From Acidobacteriota bacterium (GTDB taxonomy: Bacteria; Acidobacteriota; Holophagae; Thermotomaculales; Thermotomaculaceae): a stretch of DNA of 64,000 nucleotides. The notes under the pieces were generated by a model that saw only the letters and a list, made by a program, of their open reading frames with translations, was not told the origin of the DNA and did no database searches. Each line of letters opens with the position of its first letter. The stretch's first letter is position 1. The stretch lies in assembly GCA_036736005.1 (NCBI GenBank), contig DAINNF010000002.1, positions 193 to 64,192 on the forward strand, read 5' to 3'. The position numbers were made by a program, and so were the translations under genes. Of the stretch, positions 1 to 7,756 are shown piece by piece.

Positions 1-675
1 ACAGTCAGCAACAACCCATACCCCAATCATCAATCGCCGGATCGGGCAGATCAGTCCGAATGTCCACCACTGCGGATTCTGCTTGTTGAAGACAATGAGG
101 GAGATGTACGGCTGGTGCGGGAATATATGAATACCTATCCATTCGCCTCGGTTGAACTGGTGGTTGCAGCTCGTCTGGACGGGGCGATTGAAAAGCTGCG
201 GAATCAGTCGATTGATTTGATCCTGATGGACCTGGGTCTTCCGGATGCGAACGGATTGGAAGCGCTGGAGACGCTGTTGAAACATCACATGTCCGTGCCG
301 ATTGTGGTGCTGACCGGAGTAGATGATTCAGAGGTCGCGTATGATGCGATCGGACTCGGTGCCCAGGAATATATCCCCAAACGGTATGTCAATGAACATA
401 ATCTGCACCGGTCGGTCCGGAATGCGCTGGAAAGATATCGGTTGGTCAAGCGGTTGGAGGAAGCACTGGACCGGGTCAAGCGACTGCAGGGTTTGATCCC
501 GATCTGTGCCAGCTGCAGAAAGATCCGCAACGACGAAGGGTTCTGGCAGGATGTGACGGTGTATGTCCGTGAACATGCGGACGTGGAGTTCAGCCACGGT
601 CTTTGTCCGGATTGCAAGAAGCAGTTGTATCCGGAGCTGTATCCGGATCAGAAAAAGGAACCGGACTCGAAGTGA
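1..675 (+). CDS. Response-regulator receiver (REC) protein with a C-terminal Cys4 module (IPICASCRKIRNDEGFW...SHGLCPDC); 5' end cut by the window edge
   Basis: Frame 1 is open from nt 1. It reads PPLRILLVEDNEGDVRLV, the REC N-terminus, upstream of the GTG at 115 used in the ORF track. LILMDLGLPDANG is the phospho-acceptor region. Stop at 673-675. Confidence 0.8.
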   Translation, partial: TVSNNPYPNHQSPDRADQSECPPLRILLVEDNEGDVRLVREYMNTYPFASVELVVAARLDGAIEKLRNQSIDLILMDLGLPDANGLEALETLLKHHMSVPIVVLTGVDDSEVAYDAIGLGAQEYIPKRYVNEHNLHRSVRNALERYRLVKRLEEALDRVKRLQGLIPICASCRKIRNDEGFWQDVTVYVREHADVEFSHGLCPDCKKQLYPELYPDQKKEPDSK

Positions 676-723
676 GCCCGGTTCTCCTCAAACGTGCCTG
701 TCGGTTGTGATCCTGCCGGCGGA

Positions 724-1542
724 TTATTTCTCCTCGAACATGTGAACATCCCGTTGCGGGAACGGAATCGTAATGTCGTTGGCATCAAAGGCCTCTTTGA
801 CCTTCTGGTGAATATCCCAGTAAATGTTCCAGTATTCCGGTGTCTGACACCATACCCGAACGGTGAAGTTGACCGAGCTGTCCGCCAGTTCGCCCACCGC
901 GATCAGGGGTGCCGGTTCGGTCAGGATACGGCTGTCCGCTTCTACGACGGAACGAATCAGAGACGCGGCTTTGTTCATATCGTCGTCATAGGAAATACCG
1001 AAGGTGAGGTCGATGCGGCGGGTTTCTTCCGCGGTGATGTTGACCAGGGTCCCTTCGGACAGGGGGCCGTTGGGAATGTAGACGCGGCGGTTGTCCGGTG
1101 TGTTGAGAATGGTGTGAAACACCTGGATCTGGACCACGTGTCCCACGTAGCCCTGGGCCTCGATCCAGTCGCCGACTTTGAAGGGTTTGACGAACAGGAT
1201 CATGACACCGCCCGCCAGGTTGGACAGGTTCCCTTTCAAAGCCAGGCCGATCGCAATACCGGCGGCACCGATTACCGCAACCAGTGAGTTGGTCTCAATG
1301 CCCAGAATGCCCGCTACGATGATCAGAACGATAATGCGCAGTACAATTCGGGTCAGACTGTTGAGGAAGGAGCGCAGACTTTCCTCCGCCTTGCTTTTGG
1401 TCAGGGCCTTGTCCAGAATACCGACGACAATGCGGACCAGCCAGAATCCCACAATCAGTGTAACAATTGCCATTATCAGGTCCGGGCCGTACTTCCTGGC
1501 CAGACCGATCAATTCATCTTTATAGTTCAGAATTTTATCCAT
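724..1542 (-). CDS. Small-conductance mechanosensitive channel, MscS family
   Basis: 272 aa with N-terminal TM helices followed by the MscS beta-domain signature (GNLSNLAGGVMILFVKPFKVGDWIE...VYIPNG). AAAGGAG RBS upstream. Confidence 0.85.
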   Translation of the reverse strand: MDKILNYKDELIGLARKYGPDLIMAIVTLIVGFWLVRIVVGILDKALTKSKAEESLRSFLNSLTRIVLRIIVLIIVAGILGIETNSLVAVIGAAGIAIGLALKGNLSNLAGGVMILFVKPFKVGDWIEAQGYVGHVVQIQVFHTILNTPDNRRVYIPNGPLSEGTLVNITAEETRRIDLTFGISYDDDMNKAASLIRSVVEADSRILTEPAPLIAVGELADSSVNFTVRVWCQTPEYWNIYWDIHQKVKEAFDANDITIPFPQRDVHMFEEK

Positions 1543-1659
1543 GTTTCAGACTCCTTTCGATACCGGTTGTTTTGAAAACTGATCTATATGGTATATGATT
1601 CACCTAAATCCGACAAGCGAGGTGCTGATTGGCGCCTTTCATGAAAGGAGAGCGGTGGT

Positions 1660-2382
1660 ATGAAACGAACCATTTTGACAGCCGGTATGGTGCTGGCGTT
1701 CATGGTAAGTGGGTTTTCTTCTGACAATGGATTCAAGGGAGATGCCTCTTTCGGGTTGTCCTCAACCGGTGGGAATTCGGATACGGCTTCCGTCAGTTTC
1801 ACGTTTACAGCGGACAGACAACTTTCGGAACGATACAAGTGGCTCAACAAGGGAAGCTATCTGTGGAGTGACTCGGACGGTGAAACCACGGCGGACCGGA
1901 CATCTCTGGAAACCCGATTGGAGTGGCATCCCCGCAAGCGGTTTTTCGGTTACGTGCAGACCGGGTACCTGCGGGACCAGTTCAAGGATTTTGACTACCG
2001 TGTGACACCCGGTGTCGGGGCCGGTTGGACCGTACTTGAGCGAAACGCAAAGTCACTGGATCTGACCCTGGGCCTGACCGGTGTGTTTACCGCCTACCGG
2101 GACAGCGGCGAGACCGAGTCCTATACGGCCGTTACCCTCGGAAATACGTTCAAGTGGAAAATTACGGATACGGCAGATTTCAGCCAGTCGCTTCGATTCA
2201 GTGCGGATATTTCGGAAATGGAGCGCTACTTCGTGGAGTTTGAAATGAGCCTGGCCGTTTCGATCAACACCCGATGGGGCCTGAAGGTCTCCTTTACAGA
2301 CAATTACGAAAGCCGTCCGCCTTCACCGGATATCAAGAAGAACGATACGGCATTGATCGCCGGAATCACGTATCGGTTCTGA
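1660..2382 (+). CDS. DUF481 (YdiY-like) outer-membrane beta-barrel protein
   Basis: Signal peptide, a GNSDT repeat motif, alternating beta-strand pattern, and a C-terminal ...KKNDTALIAGITYRF ending in an aromatic residue. Confidence 0.7.
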   Translation: MKRTILTAGMVLAFMVSGFSSDNGFKGDASFGLSSTGGNSDTASVSFTFTADRQLSERYKWLNKGSYLWSDSDGETTADRTSLETRLEWHPRKRFFGYVQTGYLRDQFKDFDYRVTPGVGAGWTVLERNAKSLDLTLGLTGVFTAYRDSGETESYTAVTLGNTFKWKITDTADFSQSLRFSADISEMERYFVEFEMSLAVSINTRWGLKVSFTDNYESRPPSPDIKKNDTALIAGITYRF

Positions 2383-2384
2383 AC

Positions 2385-2424
2385 ACACAAAAACAGGACC
2401 TCGGGGAGGTCTACCGAGGTCCTG
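2385..2424 (-). terminator. Intrinsic terminator, oriented for the minus strand
   Basis: 11-bp stem CAGGACCTCGG (2394-2404) / CCGAGGTCCTG (2414-2424) with a 9-nt loop. Only on the minus strand is it followed by TTTTTGTGT (2393->2385). Confidence 0.6.
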
Positions 2425-2558
2425 GTCATTGGGTCCCGTTGGAGAGGTGACGGAGGTCTAAACGTCATTGGTCGGAACCAGGTGTCTTTCATCGGGTGTC
2501 CCCCGCCTTCCGGAACTGGGGGCCGTCCAGTGGTTCGGGGAACCCCGTTCGACACGCT
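2387..2558 (-). ncRNA. Candidate sigma-54-dependent small RNA (~170 nt), family unknown
   Basis: Bounded by a consensus sigma-54 promoter (2569-2584) and the terminator at 2385-2424. It lies in a convergent intergenic gap. No ORF closes before the terminator. Confidence 0.4.
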
Positions 2559-2568
2559 TTTTATATAA

Positions 2569-2584
2569 TGCAAACCACGTGCCA
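2569..2584 (-). promoter_or_regulatory. Sigma-54 (RpoN) -24/-12 promoter
   Basis: The minus strand reads CTGGCACGTGGTTTGCAT, which is TGGCAC-N5-TTGCA with the correct GG-N10-GC spacing. An AT-rich tract lies immediately upstream (2585-2640). Confidence 0.6.
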
Positions 2585-2688
2585 GTTTCTTGAATTATCG
2601 TAAAATAAAGATAATACATAACATGACAAAATCTGTATAGAGCAGGAGTGCCAGTTTGGCGGTACTGGACGCAGGAATGGCCCGCCTG

Positions 2689-3522
2689 TCAGGCGCGGTC
2701 AAGCCCGGCAAGGATGCGGAGGACCGCGTTGGCCTGATGACCGGCTGTAACCATGACCCGTGGGGCCATGAGTCCGTTTCCCGGGCCTGCCGCAGAGACC
2801 AGGTCGCCGCACAGGACGATGTTTCGGGAAAGCTGTCTCGTTCGAATGTCATTGGCGGGATAGATACCGGCCAGTCCGGATGCCGTGACCAGATGACACC
2901 GTTCAAAGGCGGGACTGCTGAAAGCCTGCACAATCATCTGTTTGGACGCCACCGTGTCAAATGCCTCCACGACCACGTCGCAATCTTCAAAGATGCGCGC
3001 AAGATTGTCCGGTTCCAGTCTGTCCCGGTAACACCGGATGCTCACAAACGGATTGAAGCGATGAATGTTATCTTTCAGTGCGACGACCTTGAACCGTCCG
3101 ATGTCACATCGCTCATAGTGCTGGCGGTTCAGGTTTGTGGGATCGACGCGGTCATAATCGGCCAGTACCAGCGAACCGACTCCACTTCTGGCCAGGGCCA
3201 CAGCCACATGGGAGCCGAGTCCACCGCAACCGGCCACGCCGACGGTGGCGGACTGGAACTTTTCCGGCAGTTCCGGAGAGTGCCGCGCTGTCAGCAGGTC
3301 GTAAAAGACCTCCGGGCTTTCCGGTATATCAAACCCGACTGTGGTGATGCGGTCATTGTGGGACAGAAAGGTCTCTTCTTCTTCAGGAAGGTGGACCGGA
3401 TGACCGTTTCGAATGACGATCGGCGCGCTGTCTTCGCCCTGTTGGATCAGCAGGTCAATCAACGGCATGCCTTCCGGGACCCGGTGCACGGTACCGTTCA
3501 GCCGCACGTGGATGTCTTTCAT
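2689..3522 (-). CDS. ThiF-family E1-like adenylyltransferase with an N-terminal ThiS-like (ubiquitin-fold) domain
   Basis: The first ~65 aa resemble ThiS (HVRLNGTVHRVPEG...LSHNDRITTVGF) but lack a terminal GG. The E1 nucleotide-binding motif follows (VGVAGCGGLGSHVAVALARSGVGSLVLADYDRVDPTNLNRQ). Confidence 0.75.
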   Translation of the reverse strand: MKDIHVRLNGTVHRVPEGMPLIDLLIQQGEDSAPIVIRNGHPVHLPEEEETFLSHNDRITTVGFDIPESPEVFYDLLTARHSPELPEKFQSATVGVAGCGGLGSHVAVALARSGVGSLVLADYDRVDPTNLNRQHYERCDIGRFKVVALKDNIHRFNPFVSIRCYRDRLEPDNLARIFEDCDVVVEAFDTVASKQMIVQAFSSPAFERCHLVTASGLAGIYPANDIRTRQLSRNIVLCGDLVSAAGPGNGLMAPRVMVTAGHQANAVLRILAGLDRA

Positions 3523-3755
3523 CAGCCACCTCCGACAGGGATGTACAGAAAGACGTGATCACCGTCGGTCAACTGGTGTGACAGGCGGACTTCCACCCCG
3601 TTGACCACCGGAATGACATGCTGCCGGTGTTCGGGTCGCATCCCGAGTTCCCGGAGCAGTGTCTGGATGGGGGCGGCCTGCGGTGCGGTTACCGTGTCGC
3701 CGCTGCTTATGCCGTTCAATTGGAGAAAACCCGGAAATTCAAGGGTAATCTTCAT
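3522..3755 (-). CDS. ThiS/MoaD-family ubiquitin-like sulfur-carrier protein (C-terminal GG)
   Basis: 77 aa ending in ...DGDHVFLYIPVGGG. AGGAGGA RBS 6 nt upstream. Its stop codon overlaps the downstream E1 start by 1 nt. Confidence 0.75.
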   Translation of the reverse strand: MKITLEFPGFLQLNGISSGDTVTAPQAAPIQTLLRELGMRPEHRQHVIPVVNGVEVRLSHQLTDGDHVFLYIPVGGG

Positions 3756-3780
3756 GTATCGTCCTCCTGAGGGCCTTCAC

Positions 3781-3809
3781 ATTATCGGCAGTCGGGCACA
3801 AAAGTGCAA
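3781..3809 (-). promoter_or_regulatory. Sigma-70-type promoter for the ThiS-like/ThiF-like pair
   Basis: The minus strand reads TTGCAC (3809-3804), 17 nt, GATAAT (3786-3781), about 25 nt upstream of the ATG at 3755. Confidence 0.55.
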
Positions 3810-3880
3810 GTGTCAGCGGCTCAATTTGCGGGACCGTAGTCCGGACGGGTATCGAACCGAGTCCCGCAGGAAGCTGCGTC

Positions 3881-3910
3881 AAAAAGAAAGGAAGGAGCGG
3901 GGCTCCTTCC
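3881..3910 (-). terminator. Intrinsic terminator on the minus strand with no annotated gene upstream of it
   Basis: 9-bp stem GGAAGGAGC (3890-3898) / GCTCCTTCC (3902-3910), followed on the minus strand by TTTCTTTTT (3889->3881). Confidence 0.6.
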
Positions 3911-4123
3911 CGAATATGGGGTTATGGAGGTTTCGGTTCATGAAGCTTCTGGTAATGGGATGTTCAAAAGAGCGATTCGTTACAACGACGACCGGCCCGC
4001 TGGGGGGGCGGGCCGGTGTCAGCATGATGGGGTGTGAGGGTTAAGGAGGTCATGGTCCTCAGCACCAGTCTGATTCATTTCAGATCATCGAGGGGGGATG
4101 ATCGACGAATCAGCGGTTCACAT
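3881..4123 (-). ncRNA. Candidate structured small RNA (~240 nt), family unknown
   Basis: Lies between a sigma-54-like element (4134-4149) and the terminator at 3881-3910. Nested stems at 4070-4076/4107-4113 and 4083-4089/4097-4103; a 9-bp stem at 3992-4000/4008-4016. The longest ORFs are under 30 codons. Confidence 0.3.
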
Positions 4124-4133
4124 AGTTCTTGAA

Positions 4134-4149
4134 TGCCAGAGTCATGCCA
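4134..4149 (-). promoter_or_regulatory. Sigma-54-like -24/-12 element (imperfect)
   Basis: The minus strand reads TGGCATgactcTGGCA. GG-N10-GC spacing is kept, with one mismatch in each half relative to TGGCAC-N5-TTGCA. Confidence 0.3.
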
Positions 4150-4347
4150 GCTACGGAAGCCGGTAAAGCACCCTGATTCCGGGAATTGGTGGCCCATTCA
4201 TGCCGCTTTGGCATCCCGGTTGTGCCAGAATTGCATGGGTGCCCGGCGTGACACCCCAATTCTTGCGGGTTGTGCATAAGTGGTTTATGCTGGTTGTGAT
4301 CACATGATGATCTCACCTGCGGACACAATTGGCATGGGGAGGCATGT

Positions 4348-4908
4348 ATGACCGGACAGGTATCTGCCGAGCAGCAGCAACTTCTGTTGACGCTGGTCAG
4401 ACAGACCATTGAGCGGCGTCTCGGTATCCGGGAATCCGGGGATTCCGTGGATACGGATGATGCTTTCTTCGATACGGAGGAATTCGGATCGTTTGTTACC
4501 CTCCATGTACATGATGCATTGCGGGGCTGTATCGGCTACATCCAGCCTGTCGCACCGTTGAAGGAGCAGATCAGAATGTGTGCGGTGGCCGCTGCTTTTC
4601 AGGACCCCCGGTTCCCGCCGCTTACAGTTGCAGAATGGCCGGATGTGGAACTGGAAATCAGCCTGCTCTTTCCACCGGTTGCCGTGACGGATACGGAAGA
4701 GATTGTGATCGGGCGCGATGGGTTGATCGTTACAAAAGGAATTCGCAAGGGCCTACTGCTTCCTCAGGTTGCGACCGATTATGGATGGGATCTTGAAACG
4801 TTCCTGAATCAAACCTGCCGGAAAGCGGGGCTTCCCGAGCATGCCTGGCGGGAAGAAGGAACGCTGGTGGAACGCTTTCCTGCTTTTGTATTTGGAGAAT
4901 CAAATTGA
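4348..4908 (+). CDS. AMMECR1-domain protein (stand-alone, no signal peptide)
   Basis: RGCIGYIQPVAPL...FQDPRFPPL...LLPQVATDYGWDLETFLNQTCRKAGLP. GGGGAGG RBS. Confidence 0.85.
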   Translation: MTGQVSAEQQQLLLTLVRQTIERRLGIRESGDSVDTDDAFFDTEEFGSFVTLHVHDALRGCIGYIQPVAPLKEQIRMCAVAAAFQDPRFPPLTVAEWPDVELEISLLFPPVAVTDTEEIVIGRDGLIVTKGIRKGLLLPQVATDYGWDLETFLNQTCRKAGLPEHAWREEGTLVERFPAFVFGESN

Positions 4909-6320
4909 TCAAACCGGCTACGAAGATTGTGTGCACCATCGGTCCGGCCTGTGCTGACGCAGAGGTCATGTCCGCGATGATTGAGGCAGGGATGAGTATG
5001 GCCCGTCTCAACTGTTCCCATGGAACCCACGAGCAGATGGCGGAGTATGCGGATTTTGTCCGTGAGGCCTCCCGCCGGACAGGTGTTCCAGTGGGATTGA
5101 TGGCCGACCTGCAGGGCCCGAAGATCCGCGTGAGAGATCTGACCCGTCCCGGGATCGAGTTGACGGACGGCACCACGATCTGGATTGACCAGAACCCGGC
5201 TCCGGGAGATGAACGCAGAATTTCCGTCGACTATTCGGGTTTTGTGGGTGATGTCAAGATTGGCGACCCCGTTCTGATAGATGATGGCACCATTCGACTG
5301 GAGGTAACGGAGAAAGTATCGGATGCGGTCCGGTGTCGGGTCGTTCACGGCGGGGAACTGAAGCCCCATAAGGGCGTCAATCTGCCCGGGGTTGAATTGT
5401 CCATTCCATCTTTCACGAAAAAAGACGCAGCCGATCTGGATGCGGCGTTGCGTATCGGTGTGGACTTCGTGGCATTGTCTTTTGTTCGTCACCCGGACGA
5501 TATTCGTGAGCTTCGCCGACGAATCGGTGAATCCGATGTCCGTATTATCGCAAAGATTGAGCGACCGGAAGCATTGTCCCATATCGCGTCGATCATTCGT
5601 GAATCGGATGGCGTGATGGTGGCCCGGGGCGATCTGGGCATGGAGATTCCGTTGCAGCAGGTACCGGGCTGGCAGAAGCGGATCCTGCAACTGGCGTCGG
5701 AAGCCGGGCGATTTGCCATTACGGCCACCCAGATGCTGGATTCTATGGTAAAAGCGCCCACCCCGACGCGGGCGGAAGTTTCGGATGTGGCAAATGCGAT
5801 TCTGGATGGTACCGACGCGACCATGCTGTCCGGTGAGACGGCGGTGGGCGATTTCCCGGTGGAAACGGTAGCGACCATGGCGTCGGTGGCAAAGGAGGCT
5901 GAACAACTGGTTCGTCCGCTGGAACTGAAACACACGGAGATGCGGGACGGGGAACATGCAACCGACCGGGCGATAGCGGCGTCGGCTTCCATGATTGCCG
6001 CCATGGTCAGTGCCCGTTGCATTGCGGCGTTCACCGAATCCGGTTTTACGGCCCTGCTGATATCCAAGCAACGTCCGGGCGTCCCGATATTCGGCATTAC
6101 GCCTCATGAACGGGTCGCACGACAGTTGACCGCCTATCGGGGCGTTACGCCCATGCTGGCCGATCCGGAGGGCAGCACGGACCGGCTGTTTCAACTGGTT
6201 GCCGATAACCTTCGTTCAGAAGGACGTGTACGCAAAGGGGATCGTGTTGTGGTGACGATGGGGTTGCCGTTTGCCAGAAGAGGGACCACAAACCTGCTCC
6301 ATGTGATGGAGATCGAATGA
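4905..6320 (+). CDS. pyk: Pyruvate kinase
   Basis: TKIVCTIGPA...MARLNCSHG...KIERPEAL...VMVARGDLGMEIP...ATQMLDSM. The TTG start overlaps the upstream stop (TTGA). Confidence 0.95.
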   Translation: MIKPATKIVCTIGPACADAEVMSAMIEAGMSMARLNCSHGTHEQMAEYADFVREASRRTGVPVGLMADLQGPKIRVRDLTRPGIELTDGTTIWIDQNPAPGDERRISVDYSGFVGDVKIGDPVLIDDGTIRLEVTEKVSDAVRCRVVHGGELKPHKGVNLPGVELSIPSFTKKDAADLDAALRIGVDFVALSFVRHPDDIRELRRRIGESDVRIIAKIERPEALSHIASIIRESDGVMVARGDLGMEIPLQQVPGWQKRILQLASEAGRFAITATQMLDSMVKAPTPTRAEVSDVANAILDGTDATMLSGETAVGDFPVETVATMASVAKEAEQLVRPLELKHTEMRDGEHATDRAIAASASMIAAMVSARCIAAFTESGFTALLISKQRPGVPIFGITPHERVARQLTAYRGVTPMLADPEGSTDRLFQLVADNLRSEGRVRKGDRVVVTMGLPFARRGTTNLLHVMEIE

Positions 6321-7756
6321 TGACGTTCGTGCTGCTGGCGATTTCCGCTGTGCTGCTTGCGGCTTCGTTTGTCCCGTGGTTGTTCGGATTACCGGGTCTG
6401 CTTTTTCTGGTGCCCGCGATTGCGGCAGCCCGCCGGGAGTTGAGCTGGCAGCGACGGGTCCTGTGGGGTCTGATCTGGGGTGTCCTGATCTTCACGGCAA
6501 ACTTTTATTGGACCATTCATACCATGCACATTTATGGCCGGATGAGCATCTGGCTGTGCATACTCCTCTTCATACCGCTGGCCATTTATCAGATGGCGCC
6601 GTTCATTATCTGGTTTGTGTTCTACCGGAGCATGGAAAGTCGTCACCGGTTTCTGCCGGTCCTGGCGTTGCCGCTGCTGATCCGTCTGTTTCCCCTCGTG
6701 TTTCCGTATACCCTGGCTTCCGCCATATCGGTGAATCCCTTTCTGGTGCAGAGCGCGAGCATATGGGGCGAATGGGGACTGGATGCCATGATGGTACTGG
6801 CAGGGATATTGTTACTGGATTTCCGGCGGGAACGTTCTCGTCGGAACCTGGTCCGGATTGCTGTTCTGGCAGGTGTTTTCGTGGTCACCGGTATCGGAGG
6901 AATGGTTCAGTGGACACAGCGGAAAACAGATACCGTCAAATGCGTGGTTCTCCAACCCTGTGTACGGGACCTGGACAGCGAAGATGTCAAACGGAACCGG
7001 TTCTTCGGGACTGTCCGGGAAGCAAAAGGTCGTTGTACGGACGCTCTCGTAATTCTGCCGGAGTCGGCTGTGCCGGACTCCATTTCGGGGCGGGAGGATT
7101 TCTTTGATGTCATGTCGGAAATCCGTTCGGTACTGGACGCGCGGGCCATTCTGTTTAACGCGGTGGTATACCGGAACAACCGCTTGACCAATTCCGAATT
7201 CCTGCTCACCGAAAACGGGGGGCTGGAACAGTATGACAAACACCGGCTGATCCTGTTCGGGGAGCGCTTCCCGTTTTACAATCTCTTTCGGAAGCTGCCC
7301 ATTTACGCTGCAAATTTCGCAAATTTCTCTCCCGGACCCGGAGCCCGTTCCATGTCCACAGCGGATATGAAGCTGGGTACACCCATCTGTCTGGAAGGGA
7401 TTTATGAGGAATATGTGGCGGCATTGTCCGGCGGGAGTCACATGCTGATCAATCCGACTGATGATGAATGGTTCAACGGTCTTCATGCCACCTGGCTTCA
7501 TTTCAGCCAGGTTCGGATCAAGACGATTGCGAACCGGCGATGGCTGGTCCGGGCCGCCAATACGGGATACTCCGTGATTGTGGATGACCGGGGCCGCATT
7601 GTGGCGGACATTCCCGTTGAAACACCCGGTGTACTGGAGGCGGAGGTTCCTCAGATGGGCGGATCAACTGTTTTTCAGATCGTTGCGCCATATATGCGGT
7701 ACCTGTTCCTGGGTGGCGCGCTGCTGTTGTGGTGGCTGGGAAGACGGCGTTCATGA
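6317..7756 (+). CDS. lnt: Apolipoprotein N-acyltransferase
   Basis: Multi-TM N-terminus plus a C-N hydrolase domain (VILPESAVP...HRLILFGERFP...GTPICLEGIYEEY). ATGA overlap with pyk. Confidence 0.85.
   Translation: MMTFVLLAISAVLLAASFVPWLFGLPGLLFLVPAIAAARRELSWQRRVLWGLIWGVLIFTANFYWTIHTMHIYGRMSIWLCILLFIPLAIYQMAPFIIWFVFYRSMESRHRFLPVLALPLLIRLFPLVFPYTLASAISVNPFLVQSASIWGEWGLDAMMVLAGILLLDFRRERSRRNLVRIAVLAGVFVVTGIGGMVQWTQRKTDTVKCVVLQPCVRDLDSEDVKRNRFFGTVREAKGRCTDALVILPESAVPDSISGREDFFDVMSEIRSVLDARAILFNAVVYRNNRLTNSEFLLTENGGLEQYDKHRLILFGERFPFYNLFRKLPIYAANFANFSPGPGARSMSTADMKLGTPICLEGIYEEYVAALSGGSHMLINPTDDEWFNGLHATWLHFSQVRIKTIANRRWLVRAANTGYSVIVDDRGRIVADIPVETPGVLEAEVPQMGGSTVFQIVAPYMRYLFLGGALLLWWLGRRRS

Noticed and set aside
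2304-2573. An 89-aa minus-strand ORF covering the candidate sigma-54 RNA.
   Set aside because: It starts upstream of the predicted transcription start, reads straight through the terminator hairpin, and ends antisense inside the DUF481 gene.
3841-3870. A GGTTCGATACC T-loop-like motif on the minus strand that might indicate a tRNA or tmRNA 3' domain.
   Set aside because: No acceptor stem, CCA-proximal helix, D-arm or anticodon arm can be drawn. There is no tag-peptide reading frame. The motif lies downstream of the terminator at 3881-3910.
3756-3880. I expected a TPP (THI-box) or Moco riboswitch upstream of the ThiS/ThiF-like operon.
   Set aside because: A good TTGCAC-17-GATAAT promoter sits only ~25 nt from the start codon, which leaves no room for an aptamer. 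I could not find the CUGAGA / ACCUGAUCUGGAUAAUGCCAGCG-type THI-box elements on either strand.
4209-4225. A plus-strand sigma-54-like TGGCATcccggTTGTG upstream of the AMMECR1-pyk operon.
   Set aside because: The essentially invariant GC of the -12 element is GT here. This is too weak to call.
4110-4409. A 99-aa Cys-rich minus-strand ORF in the large intergenic region.
   Set aside because: Its 5' part runs antisense over the AMMECR1 start and RBS. It has no RBS and no recognisable motif. It spans the predicted promoter of the candidate RNA rather than lying downstream of it.
4809-6194. A 461-aa ORF antisense to pyk. Similar long antisense ORFs occur at 17909-19579, 19246-20427, 22476-23699, 32371-33702 and 34165-35715.
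   Set aside because: Each lies fully opposite a gene with clear family motifs. Their translations are Arg/His/Gly/Pro-rich and low in complexity, with no recognisable domains. Such shadow ORFs are typical of GC-biased coding DNA.
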